From IMG/VR virus record IMGVR_UViG_3300020579_000012, positions 4,946 through 68,945 of that record: a DNA stretch of 64,000 nt; one strand, 5' to 3'. The stretch is from a virus. This document shows positions 32,604 through 41,476 of this stretch, piece by piece (position 1 is the first letter of the stretch; each line of letters begins with the position of its first letter). A program made the position numbers and the translations under genes. The notes under the pieces are model-generated. The model ran no database searches. It had not been told where the DNA came from and saw only the letters and a program-made list of their open reading frames with translations.

Positions 32604-32720
32604 GCGGATCGCCCGTCCTGGGCGGACAGCCTGGAGAAATCCAGGGAGCGCAATGCGCTGTTCGCTCGGTACAACCGAACGTAACCTGCACCTCCAGCTT
32701 AACTTAGTTCCTTCTTCTTC

Positions 32721-32754
32721 GAGGGGGCTCAGTTCCTCCATACTGAGCCCCCTC
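32721..32754 (+). other. perfect 12-bp hairpin in the leader of gene 32781
   Basis: GAGGGGGCTCAG-ttcctccata-CTGAGCCCCCTC; the loop carries CCUCC; no U-tract. Confidence 0.5.
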
Positions 32755-32780
32755 GCCCCATACACCGTCGGAGCCTCTCG

Positions 32781-34433
32781 ATGAGCAACACTGTCGAGAA
32801 TCTCGATCGTGGCGTGTCAGGCACGTCGGCGACGCTCGACAAGATGCACCAGCTCGTCGCTCAGGGAAAACTCGACCCGACGTTTCAAAAGATTGCGACT
32901 TGGATCCGCGCATCCGTCTCACAGGATCGTCGTGGCAAGACCAAGGATACGGCCGACGCGATCTTCGATTGGGTGAAGACGAGCGGGATCTTTCAGTCAG
33001 ATCCATTTCAGATCGAGAAGATTGAAAGTCCGATCGAAGCGATGCGTCCGATCATCCAGGCGCGTCAGGCAGGCACATATACGGGACCCGGTCTCTTTGT
33101 CGGTGACTGCGACACGTTTGCGATCATAACTGCGACACTTGGCGGCATTCTAGGTTTCCAGTACGCCTTCGAGACCGCGAAGGTCGACGCCTCTCGTCCG
33201 GACGAGTTTTCGCACGTCTGGACGGCACTACTTGTCGACAACGACTGGTACCCGCTCGACTCCTCGACTCCTGGCGCCTACCCAGGCTGGCGCCCTCCTG
33301 TCGCGCCGAATCTGCTGGCGCGTTGGCCGGAGCAACCGATCGAGAACTTCGTCAAGGGGTCCGTCATGAGCGCATTCAACCGCGGACTCGGCGATAACCA
33401 GACCTCACCGACTGCTGGAATTGACACAGCGTATCCGCAGGACTACATCGCCTACGGTGTTCCGAAAGATTTTGGCGCTGGCCCTGGCGTGATTCCGCAA
33501 GCGAACTTCGATGATCTTCAACTTCTCCCGCCGCATGAGACGCAGATTCCGGACGCCGACATGCAGCCGGACATGCATCTGCTTAAGGCTGCGCCGCTAC
33601 TAAACCCATCCGAACGGATCGAGTCGATCTCTGGATTCCCGACAAACGACCACGGAAACCCGTACTTCCAGAGCAAACCCGGCAACCCACGCTACAAGGT
33701 AGAAAACCAGTTTTACCCGCCCGGCTCGCGCTGGAACGGGCAGATGGGTCACGACATCGTCCGGTACGTTAAGACCGGGTCGTACGTGAAGGTCAAGAGT
33801 GCCGAGTCCCCAGAGAGACAAGTGAGGGCGAATATGGCTCAACCGATGATGGTTCGCAGGCGTATCATCATGTCGAACGGACGACAGATTCCGTTCGGTG
33901 CGATGGAGGGCCTCGGTCAGACTGATCCTGGTCTTGTCACGTCACTTGATCCGTCCGTCTCAGACCCGACAGCCACACCACCGGACACGTCGGGGATGGT
34001 TACGTCGCTTGGGCCGACTCCGGCTCCAGCTCCGACTCCAACTCCGGCTCCAGCACCATCTTCGGCCTCCATCATGTCGACCGCCGTCACGTCGAATCAG
34101 CTTGCACCGACGCCGACTCCAGCCGCCTCATCGAGCCCGCAAGCCGCTGCCGCAGCATCCGCTGGAGGATCTGTCTGGTCGTCGATCTCATCTGCCTTCC
34201 AGGCTGCTGGAACGATCGCCCCGGCCGCGATGCAGTCATCGTTGATGCAGTCCGTTATCGCAGCGACGAACAAGCTTGCCGGGAAAACCGTTCTCGCACC
34301 CGGCGTCGTTCCATGGTACCTGAACCCGATCACGCTCTTCACGCTCGCCCTGATTGGTGGCGGCGGCTACTACATTCTGCACAAGAACCGTCCTGGGGGC
34401 TCCGGAACTCGCCGTCGCCGTCGGTACGCCTAA
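32781..34433 (+). CDS. transglutaminase-like cysteine peptidase with S/T/P/A-rich linker and C-terminal TM anchor
   Basis: GDCDTFAIITATL..SHVWTALLV..WYPLDSS (Cys-His-Asp layout); ends ..VVPWYLNPITLFTLALIGGGGYYILHKNRPGGSGTRRRRRYA. Confidence 0.7.
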   Translation: MSNTVENLDRGVSGTSATLDKMHQLVAQGKLDPTFQKIATWIRASVSQDRRGKTKDTADAIFDWVKTSGIFQSDPFQIEKIESPIEAMRPIIQARQAGTYTGPGLFVGDCDTFAIITATLGGILGFQYAFETAKVDASRPDEFSHVWTALLVDNDWYPLDSSTPGAYPGWRPPVAPNLLARWPEQPIENFVKGSVMSAFNRGLGDNQTSPTAGIDTAYPQDYIAYGVPKDFGAGPGVIPQANFDDLQLLPPHETQIPDADMQPDMHLLKAAPLLNPSERIESISGFPTNDHGNPYFQSKPGNPRYKVENQFYPPGSRWNGQMGHDIVRYVKTGSYVKVKSAESPERQVRANMAQPMMVRRRIIMSNGRQIPFGAMEGLGQTDPGLVTSLDPSVSDPTATPPDTSGMVTSLGPTPAPAPTPTPAPAPSSASIMSTAVTSNQLAPTPTPAASSSPQAAAAASAGGSVWSSISSAFQAAGTIAPAAMQSSLMQSVIAATNKLAGKTVLAPGVVPWYLNPITLFTLALIGGGGYYILHKNRPGGSGTRRRRRYA

Positions 34434-34437
34434 GTAA

Positions 34438-34707
34438 ATGTCTCAGATCATCTACGTCCGGAGACCCGGCCTCGGCGACGTGACTTCATCGATCACGGAC
34501 GCTGCGACCGCGTCTATGGCTCCCGTGATCGAGCAGATGCTCGTGAATGACGTTCTACCGATGGTTGTTGTCGGTATGGTTGCGGGAGCCGCCGTCGCCG
34601 CGTTCATCGGCACATGGTTTTCGCACAAGGCGATGCGTTCTGCAGGAGTTATCAGGAAGAATCCTGTCGCGCGGACGTACGTCTCGCTCCGACGGAGGCG
34701 TGCGTGA
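34438..34707 (+). CDS. membrane protein (89 aa) with basic tail
   Basis: IYVRRPGLGD near the N-terminus; TM segment MVVVGMVAGAAVAAFIGTWF; ..IRKNPVARTYVSLRRRRA. Confidence 0.55.
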   Translation: MSQIIYVRRPGLGDVTSSITDAATASMAPVIEQMLVNDVLPMVVVGMVAGAAVAAFIGTWFSHKAMRSAGVIRKNPVARTYVSLRRRRA

Positions 34708-34730
34708 GCTGGCTGAATTTAAAATCAAGG

Positions 34731-37697
34731 ATGATGTCAGAGCTTCGGCGCTGGGCTCGAGGTATTACAGAGACCAGCGGCCCGGAGTTCAACTTCGACG
34801 CCGAGTCGGCAATCTGGTGGTTCGCAAACGACTACCACAGCGGCGGCGGCAGCGAGCTCTATCAGATCCTCTCGATGTCGAAACTCCGTCCCGGTCCGTC
34901 GCACCGTTCTGTCTCAGACGAGGGTGAGATCCCGGCGATGATGTACGAGGCTCTCGAGCAGAAGTTCATCCCGAAGGGTAAAGCTAAACGGAATCCTTCC
35001 CGTGTCCGAGCGAACAGTAACTACGCTCATCAGGACGCGAAGCTTTTCCAGATCGTCTACATCGGTCGATCGAAGTACCGAGCGATCGGACGGCTGCCAG
35101 ACGGAATCATGCTCTGGAAGGGCTCAGGTCCGACGATTTATATGTTGATCGAGAATGCCCAGGGCGAGTGGGGAACCGGTCGCTTCGACAACAAACTCTT
35201 CGCGCAGCCGGTCGCCCAGCAGTTCTCGCGTCTGCCGACAGAGACCAAGCGGTACATCATCACCCAGCAGAAACGCGGTTCGGCGATCACTCCGGGCGGC
35301 ATCTGGAAGAACTCCGGAGGCTCCGTGCGGAAGAATATCTACACCTTTAACAATCCCGGCAACGCCCAGAAGATTCTCGCCGAGAACTTCATGCGCGGCG
35401 CGAACTCCGGCGTTGCATCGTCGATGTACATCCACGGGAACAGGATCTACTCGTACGGCCCGCACTTCCCGATCGCGCAGCGGAACGACGACGGGACGAT
35501 CCTGATCCGGCACCCGAGCAAGAAGGCGCCGTCAAAGACGACTGCGGGGCACATCTCCGCCGTCGTGAATGCTGCGCGTCAGGTCTACTCGCCCGACTCG
35601 ATTCTGTATGACACGGCCGGGGAGCTTTCGGCTGAGGCGAAAGGTCCGGCGGCGTACTCGAACCCAGGTGTCAGAAAAAACATCTACACGTTCAACAATC
35701 CGCGTGACTCCTCTGTCGAGTCCGCCGCTCGCGCGGTCGGTCTGTTCGTTGGAGTTTGGTCGCCTGGAGACGGACAGACACGATATCGCTTCTTCTCGAA
35801 GACAACGCGCGGTAGTCGGTATGCCGATTACCACGAGGGCGATGGCATCTACACGGCGCTCGGACGGAAGGACGCGCTGGCGTTCATTGCGGCATACGGG
35901 AAGGGCCGTGGAGCCAGGAGAAATCCAAAGACGTCGGTATATGTTATCGAAGGCTTCACACACCGTGGTCGACGCGGCAAAAGTCAACGGCGTGCGGAAT
36001 TCAGGACGCCGTCTCTCACAGAGGCACGTGCGAGAGCGGAGCAGATATTCCAGGAGACCGGCGTTGTTGTTGCGATCACTCAGAGGAACCCACTGACACG
36101 CTCGGAGGCCGGATACCTGCTTCGGCATGCGAAGGCAGACGTCACCGAGGCAGCCGTCGCTCGCCGACATGGCCTGACCTACGAGCAGAAGTACGCCGTC
36201 GGACACGCCCGCGGGATCGGCTTCGCGGTCCAGGAGACAGGACCGAAGGCAGCGCGGAAGGCCTGGGTCGATCTCCATACGAGGTTGGATCGGGTCACTC
36301 GGAATCCGTGCTTGAATAATCCAACCTGCGCGAATCCGAGGCATCCGCACGGTCCTGTCGAGAACACAGCCTACGGACAGCGTCGTTCGTATGCCGACTT
36401 CGTCGCGCGGAAGCGTGCGGAGTACGGTGACAAGTTCGACGACTCGGATCTCGCGCCTCAGTTCATCCAGTACTACGAATCCGGCGCGCGGATCGAGGTC
36501 GAGTTCGTCTCGTCGACAACCGGTAAGCCGTACGAGACGAAGCGCGGTCGCGTCGGCGTGACGACCGGCTGGAAGCCTGTCTTTCTGCTCATGCTGACAA
36601 CGAGAAGTATGGGTTCTCCGTACACGCTCGGGAAAAATGATCGTGTAGTCCGGTTCGTCCGGTCGAACCCTCTTACCGTCTCCGAAGACAGAGAGATCGA
36701 GCACGTCGCAAGACGTGAGAGGATCATAGGCGAGCAGATTCAGAGTCCCGGCAGCCGCGGGTATGCACTCGGTCACTCGGACGGAATGAACCACGTCCGG
36801 AGGAAGTACGGCCCTATTCGTCGCAACCCTCTCCTCCAGACGATCGGCCTGATGGCAAACCCGCCGGTCTCTGACCAGTGGAACAGGATGACGTCGCGCC
36901 AGCGACTCCATGCGCTCGAGTTCGTCGGCTACCCGACGGATTTCGCCAGTTCGATGGCCCGGCGCCTCTGGATGACGCTTCCTGGGACTGCTCGCGAGCG
37001 CCTCGAGTCCGCTCGGCTCGACACGAGCTCGCGCGGGACGACCCGTCGGCGCGTCGCTGTGCCGGTCGGGGCGAATCCTCTGACACGGACAGAATCAGGT
37101 CAGATCCTTCGGGATGCGAGATTTGACGCCCGTTACGGATCGACATTTCAGGGTGGACACACTCGCTCATCCCGTGCCGGGATGGCCTGGGCGAAGGCGA
37201 AAGTCGTCCGTCAGTACGGACCGAAGAGCGCTCGTCGCGCTGCGAGTCGGATTGCCGATAAAGCTCGGACTGTGGCGCGGACGGCGATGTCGAACCCCGG
37301 TGTCCGCTTCCCGAAGCCCGGCACGAAGTTGACCGTTGCACAAGCCTTCGAGCTCGCGCGCCGGATCGGCGATCGGGCCCTGATCGAGCAGTGCCGGAAG
37401 GCGCTGAAGCTCCAGAAGGCCGCCAACAAGGACGTCAAGTGTGTCATCTGGAAGACCTTTCCGATGGGCTCGAAAGGACAAATCGACTCGGTGATCGCCC
37501 TGACGCACTACGGCGACTCGCCGGAGACGATGTACCGGCCGCCGCCAGGATCGAAGAAGGGCAACCACATGTACCGTCACAACTGGGGCGAGAAGGGCGG
37601 CAAGCAGACCGTCCCGCTGCTCGCCTCGGCGGACGGGAAGATGCTGCTGATGCCGCTTGAAGGTAAGAAGGTCGCTTCCGATTGGCTGAGGCATTGA
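34731..37697 (+). CDS. large multi-repeat virion protein (988 aa)
   Basis: Trimmed to ATG 34731 (AAGGA SD). VRKNIYTFNNP occurs twice with different codons; three NPLT..GH..YGP modules; more than ten basic-N-P motifs. Confidence 0.7.
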   Translation: MMSELRRWARGITETSGPEFNFDAESAIWWFANDYHSGGGSELYQILSMSKLRPGPSHRSVSDEGEIPAMMYEALEQKFIPKGKAKRNPSRVRANSNYAHQDAKLFQIVYIGRSKYRAIGRLPDGIMLWKGSGPTIYMLIENAQGEWGTGRFDNKLFAQPVAQQFSRLPTETKRYIITQQKRGSAITPGGIWKNSGGSVRKNIYTFNNPGNAQKILAENFMRGANSGVASSMYIHGNRIYSYGPHFPIAQRNDDGTILIRHPSKKAPSKTTAGHISAVVNAARQVYSPDSILYDTAGELSAEAKGPAAYSNPGVRKNIYTFNNPRDSSVESAARAVGLFVGVWSPGDGQTRYRFFSKTTRGSRYADYHEGDGIYTALGRKDALAFIAAYGKGRGARRNPKTSVYVIEGFTHRGRRGKSQRRAEFRTPSLTEARARAEQIFQETGVVVAITQRNPLTRSEAGYLLRHAKADVTEAAVARRHGLTYEQKYAVGHARGIGFAVQETGPKAARKAWVDLHTRLDRVTRNPCLNNPTCANPRHPHGPVENTAYGQRRSYADFVARKRAEYGDKFDDSDLAPQFIQYYESGARIEVEFVSSTTGKPYETKRGRVGVTTGWKPVFLLMLTTRSMGSPYTLGKNDRVVRFVRSNPLTVSEDREIEHVARRERIIGEQIQSPGSRGYALGHSDGMNHVRRKYGPIRRNPLLQTIGLMANPPVSDQWNRMTSRQRLHALEFVGYPTDFASSMARRLWMTLPGTARERLESARLDTSSRGTTRRRVAVPVGANPLTRTESGQILRDARFDARYGSTFQGGHTRSSRAGMAWAKAKVVRQYGPKSARRAASRIADKARTVARTAMSNPGVRFPKPGTKLTVAQAFELARRIGDRALIEQCRKALKLQKAANKDVKCVIWKTFPMGSKGQIDSVIALTHYGDSPETMYRPPPGSKKGNHMYRHNWGEKGGKQTVPLLASADGKMLLMPLEGKKVASDWLRH

Positions 37698-37707
37698 GGG
37701 TGAGATC

Positions 37708-38817
37708 ATGATCGGAGCACTTGTATTTGCGAACCCCGGGCGGCCTGTCGCCGCACGGCGGAGACGTTCACGTTCCAGAACCGCCCGCGCGACGGGCAAG
37801 GAGATCAGGATGGCACGCACTCGTACGCGCCGTCGGGCAGGGCGGCGTAGGAATGCCAAAGGGCATTTCATGAAGACACGCCGGTCGTCCCGGCGTCGGA
37901 ACCCCAGCGGTCACATCAAGGTAGGCCGCCGCTGGAGGAAGATCACGAAGTTCGCCACGCGCCGCAAGCGCGGCAAGCGTCGCGGACAGATTCGTGGGTT
38001 TCACTTTCCGAAGCGGTATCGCCGGTCGCGTCGGCGCGTCCACCGGAACCCGGTGGTCGTGTCGAATCCGCGTCGGAGCCGTCGTCGGGCCCGCCGGAAT
38101 CCGTACCGTCGGAGCTATCGGCACGCGCGCCGGAACCCGGCCGTGTCGATGCGTCTGTCGAACGATCCGATCGCGGCGATCAAGAATGCGCTGATGTCGG
38201 CGTTCTCGATGGACACCGCAGAGACGCTGTTCCAGATGGGCCTCGGCTTCGGCGGTGCGATGTCTATGAGCAAGTGGCTGTACGTTCAGCCCTGGATGCC
38301 CGCCACGGCCACGACGGCGCCGTTCGTGCAGGTCGGGTCGACGCTGTTGTCGACCGCGCTGTTGACCGGTGCGTCGGTTCTGCTCAAGAATCCGAAGTTG
38401 ACGGCCCGGGTCCTGACCGGCGGTCTCTTCGCAACGCTTTGGCAGGGGCTCTCTCTGGCGGTTGCCGGAACCCCGGTCCAGCAGTTCATTCCGACCCTCT
38501 CCGGTTCGCCGGAGACCGATGCCTTCCGGAAGGCGATCGAGGCGGAGGTCCTCAAGGAGCTCAAGGGTGGCGGCGTCCACGGCTACCTGCGTGCGGCGGG
38601 TTCCGAGGGGATGTCGACCTACCTGCAGCCTGCCGGGATCGCGTACCTCAAGCCCGCGGGCAGCGAGGCGTACCTGACCCAGGTGAACACCGAGCGTGCG
38701 AACGCCGGGATGGGCGCCTATTTGACCCAGGTCAATTCCGAGATGGCGAATGCCGGAGTCGGACACGACCAGGGCGACGACGAGTTCTCCCGTCGGGGCA
38801 TGTCGGAGAGGTTCTAG
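37708..38817 (+). CDS. protamine-like Arg-rich N-terminal domain fused to a membrane domain (369 aa)
   Basis: About 51 Arg in the first ~150 aa by my count; hydrophobic core LGFGGAMSMSKW..STALLTGASVLL..LFATLWQGLSLAVAG; repeated YL-x-x-AG / AYLTQVN units. Confidence 0.7.
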   Translation: MIGALVFANPGRPVAARRRRSRSRTARATGKEIRMARTRTRRRAGRRRNAKGHFMKTRRSSRRRNPSGHIKVGRRWRKITKFATRRKRGKRRGQIRGFHFPKRYRRSRRRVHRNPVVVSNPRRSRRRARRNPYRRSYRHARRNPAVSMRLSNDPIAAIKNALMSAFSMDTAETLFQMGLGFGGAMSMSKWLYVQPWMPATATTAPFVQVGSTLLSTALLTGASVLLKNPKLTARVLTGGLFATLWQGLSLAVAGTPVQQFIPTLSGSPETDAFRKAIEAEVLKELKGGGVHGYLRAAGSEGMSTYLQPAGIAYLKPAGSEAYLTQVNTERANAGMGAYLTQVNSEMANAGVGHDQGDDEFSRRGMSERF

Positions 38818-38833
38818 ATCAGAGCGATCGAAG

Positions 38834-38899
38834 GGAGCACCGGGGACGTGAGTCTCCGGTGCCTCCCCGAGGGGTGTCCAGAACGGACGCCCCTCGGGG
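38834..38899 (+). terminator. two adjacent GC-rich hairpins after gene 37708-38817
   Basis: GGAGCACCGG..CCGGTGCCTCC and CCCCGAGGGG-15nt-CCCCTCGGGG. Confidence 0.4.
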
Positions 38900-38991
38900 A
38901 GCCGGGCCAGAACGCCAGCCCGTCCCGCGGTATTTTGTGGACGAAAGTCCCGGCCGATGCGGAAGTGGCGTGAGATCGAAAGGTGGAAGCC

Positions 38992-39654
38992 ATGAATATG
39001 GGACAGGCGGCGGCAGCCGCGGCGGCGGATCCCGCCAGCCAGGGAGTGACGGTCGTTCAACCGTACTACAAGATCACGCAGGGCGTTCCTGCGGCGATCG
39101 TGCGGTCGTACAAGCAGCCCTTGTACGACTCCGAGATCATCCTGGCGTCGGCGCCGCAGCGTGAGTTCACGCTGTACCAGAAGCCCGTCGGCCAGACGCT
39201 CAACGACGGTGTGACCGTGAAGACGTTCTTGTACTCGAACCAGACCCAGGCGGGCTCCCTCGGGACTCCCCTGAGTTTCGACGTATTCGGGTATAACTGC
39301 CGCATCTGGGGCAGCCCGGCGTCCAAGCTCCTGTCGATCGGCAACTACACCCTGGTCGAAGCCGCGGGCGTCGCCCAGGTCGTTTTCGGACAGGACACGA
39401 CCTTCCTGACGATCCCGATCGAGGACGTGCCGTCCGGCGTCGACACCGAAGGTCAGGCCGTGACCGATGCTCCGCACATCGGCTGGGGCGTGAGCGACAA
39501 CATCTACCGGTTCGATATCGGTGGACGTGCGCTCCACATCAACGCGACAGAGCCGTATTCCGTCAAGATCTCCTGGCCGAGCGGGCTGACCGGCACGACC
39601 GGCAACCTGCTCTTCCGCTGGTTCATGAGGGGCATCCTCTACAAGGGCGTCTAG
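38992..39654 (+). CDS. beta-rich capsid-like protein (220 aa), candidate small major capsid protein
   Basis: Ala-rich N-terminus; ..SLGTPLSFDVFGYNCRIWG..QVVFGQDTTFLTIPIEDVP..LLFRWFMRGILYKGV; flanked by strong hairpins; paralog of 3197-3844. Confidence 0.6.
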   Translation: MNMGQAAAAAAADPASQGVTVVQPYYKITQGVPAAIVRSYKQPLYDSEIILASAPQREFTLYQKPVGQTLNDGVTVKTFLYSNQTQAGSLGTPLSFDVFGYNCRIWGSPASKLLSIGNYTLVEAAGVAQVVFGQDTTFLTIPIEDVPSGVDTEGQAVTDAPHIGWGVSDNIYRFDIGGRALHINATEPYSVKISWPSGLTGTTGNLLFRWFMRGILYKGV

Positions 39655-39681
39655 AGCGCCTTTGGCATCGAGTGTAACTTC

Positions 39682-39704
39682 GCGTGCCCCGAAGAGGGGC
39701 ACGC
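39682..39704 (+). terminator. hairpin directly after the capsid-like gene
   Basis: GCGTGCCCC-gaaga-GGGGCACGC (9-bp stem). Confidence 0.45.
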
Positions 39705-39786
39705 CTTGATGGACTCGACGAACTAGAATAGCGCCCGCACTGTGCGCGGTCCGCTTCCCTGCTGAGTAGCTCGGAAGGAGACGACG

Positions 39787-40728
39787 ATGAGTTGGGGTCA
39801 GGTACCGACATTCCTCCGCGACAAGGACACCGGCCAGATCTACATGAACCCAGCGAAGGACTGGGTTCAACCGTTCGAGCTGACGGTCTCGAAGCCGAAC
39901 CAGATCATCCACCTCGCAGCAGGAGAGAGTCGTGGGGTCTTTCCGCTCACGGCCCAGTACGACGGGCCGATCGAGGTTTTCTATGTCAAAGCGAACGTCT
40001 ATGCTCCGGCCGAGGACCCGACACAGCCGGGCGCGCTCCTTCAGACGTACGATATCGATTTCCTGCTGGAGCATCCTGGAAAGCGGATTCAGTTCTCGAA
40101 CAGGATCGTTCCGCTCCTGGCCCTATCCGGGAACGCTGCGCAGCCGTACGTCCTGCCGGAGACGATCTTTGTTCCGCCGGTCCAGTCGCTCAATCTGACA
40201 CTCGTAAACAACGATCTTGTGAACGCCGTCTTCGTTGAGTTTGTTCTTGGCGGGATCAAGTTCTATCCGAATCAGGCGCCCGCCGGTCAGATCAAGGACG
40301 AGGTTTGGAAGTACGTCGATCGGCGTGAGCGGACCTATTGCTACTTTCAGACGACTGACGAGCCGGTCGTTCTGACGGCGCTCCAGGAGACCATGTTCTT
40401 CATGACGATCCCGGACAACTCGGACTTTGAGTGCTTCAAGCTCTCGCAGCAGTCGACCGACGTCTTTCGCTGTTTGATTCGAGATGGTCAGAATGACCGG
40501 GCTCTAACCGGTGATCGGATCCACCGGGACCTGCTGTTCGGAGGTCACGCACAGATGCCACTAGGAGCACAGTTCCTTGGCTCCGGTGGGATCTGGCCCG
40601 CTCGGTGGGCGTCATCCTGGCTGATTCGACGATCGACGAAAGTCCAGCTCGACCTGTCGGACATCTCGGACGCTTCGAACACGATCAAGGTCGTCTTCGC
40701 GGGGAGAAAGATCTCGTATGTCAGCTAA
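39787..40728 (+). CDS. beta-rich capsid-like protein (313 aa), candidate large major capsid protein
   Basis: ..PYVLPETIFVPPVQSLNLTLVNN..VFVEFVLGGIKFY..TIKVVFAGRKISYVS: alternating-strand pattern throughout. Confidence 0.6.
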   Translation: MSWGQVPTFLRDKDTGQIYMNPAKDWVQPFELTVSKPNQIIHLAAGESRGVFPLTAQYDGPIEVFYVKANVYAPAEDPTQPGALLQTYDIDFLLEHPGKRIQFSNRIVPLLALSGNAAQPYVLPETIFVPPVQSLNLTLVNNDLVNAVFVEFVLGGIKFYPNQAPAGQIKDEVWKYVDRRERTYCYFQTTDEPVVLTALQETMFFMTIPDNSDFECFKLSQQSTDVFRCLIRDGQNDRALTGDRIHRDLLFGGHAQMPLGAQFLGSGGIWPARWASSWLIRRSTKVQLDLSDISDASNTIKVVFAGRKISYVS

Positions 40729-41455
40729 GAGGCCGCCGGGACGTCCTCCGGGACGCCCGCCGGGCCCCCCTCGCCCGCCGCGTGGCGGTGGCATGGGCGG
40801 TCCCGATCACGAGGAGTACCAATACGAGGGCTGGCGTGACGCCGGACAGGGCGAGCCGCGTCCGAACGACGTCGTCTTTGATCCTAACTGTCCGCCGCAG
40901 CCGGACCCGTGCGCAAAGCCGCGAGTTTGCTTCGTCAAGTTTCCGGCCTTCAATCAGCCACCTTGGTTCTCGAAACCGCTGATTAAAGTTCGCTCGTCGC
41001 TCGTGATTCCGGCGGGACAGATTGCGCTGATATTCGACCGTGAGATTCCTGATCGGCAGCGTGCAGTCTCGTCGTTTCTTGGGATCGACGTTGCACCGAT
41101 TGCGCCGCTACTTAACTCTCAGCTTGAGTTCTGGTTTCAGCTCGGCCAGAAGGGTATCGCTGCGCCATCCTCAAACGTCATCCCTGTCTGGGACGATCAG
41201 AATCCGACAAGCTACGGGACATCTCACGCGATCCAGTCTGGCCGAACGACCGTCTGGCCCGGTGTTGGAACACCTCTAAACTTTCAAGAAGTTGGCCTGC
41301 AGTTCGGTCTGCGTGGCCGCTGTCAGTTTCAAGGGCTTATCGAGAACAAGTCTGGCGTCGCGATTACGGTCCGCGGTGTCTTCGGCTACTACTACTACTG
41401 GGCGTCCGCAAAGGGCGGAGCGTCCGAGTGGGAGTCCGGCGACTTCGAGGCCTAG
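40718..41455 (+). CDS. beta-rich structural protein with Pro/Gly-rich N-terminus (245 aa)
   Basis: MSAKRPPGRPPGRPPGPPRPPRGGG..; shares GVGTPLNFQEVG and AITVRGVFGYYYY motifs with 38992-39654. Confidence 0.55.
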   Translation: MSAKRPPGRPPGRPPGPPRPPRGGGMGGPDHEEYQYEGWRDAGQGEPRPNDVVFDPNCPPQPDPCAKPRVCFVKFPAFNQPPWFSKPLIKVRSSLVIPAGQIALIFDREIPDRQRAVSSFLGIDVAPIAPLLNSQLEFWFQLGQKGIAAPSSNVIPVWDDQNPTSYGTSHAIQSGRTTVWPGVGTPLNFQEVGLQFGLRGRCQFQGLIENKSGVAITVRGVFGYYYYWASAKGGASEWESGDFEA

Positions 41456-41476
41456 AGGTTTCGAGAAGGAGACACG

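Noticed and set aside
32316-32765. 149-aa minus-strand ORF and other overlapping ORFs in the 32.3-32.8 kb region
   Set aside because: The region is better explained by the plus-strand Com-like ORF plus a structured untranslated leader. The minus ORFs have Arg/Ser/Pro-rich composition and no SD.
35532-36911. 459-aa minus-strand ORF inside the 988-aa repeat-protein gene
   Set aside because: Same reasoning: it is antisense to a gene whose repeats are conserved at the protein level with different codons.
34731-38200. NPG motifs as 2A-like ribosome-skipping sites
   Set aside because: 2A skipping needs the D(V/I)ExNPGP context and eukaryotic ribosomes. Here the residue after NPG is never Pro, and the host signals are bacterial.
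37768-40074. 768-aa minus-strand ORF, the longest after the true large genes
   Set aside because: It lies antisense to well-formed plus-strand genes in the most GC-rich part of the window. Its translation is dominated by Arg, Pro, Gly, Leu and Asp with no motifs, and it would break the co-directional late operon. This is a typical high-GC antisense artefact.
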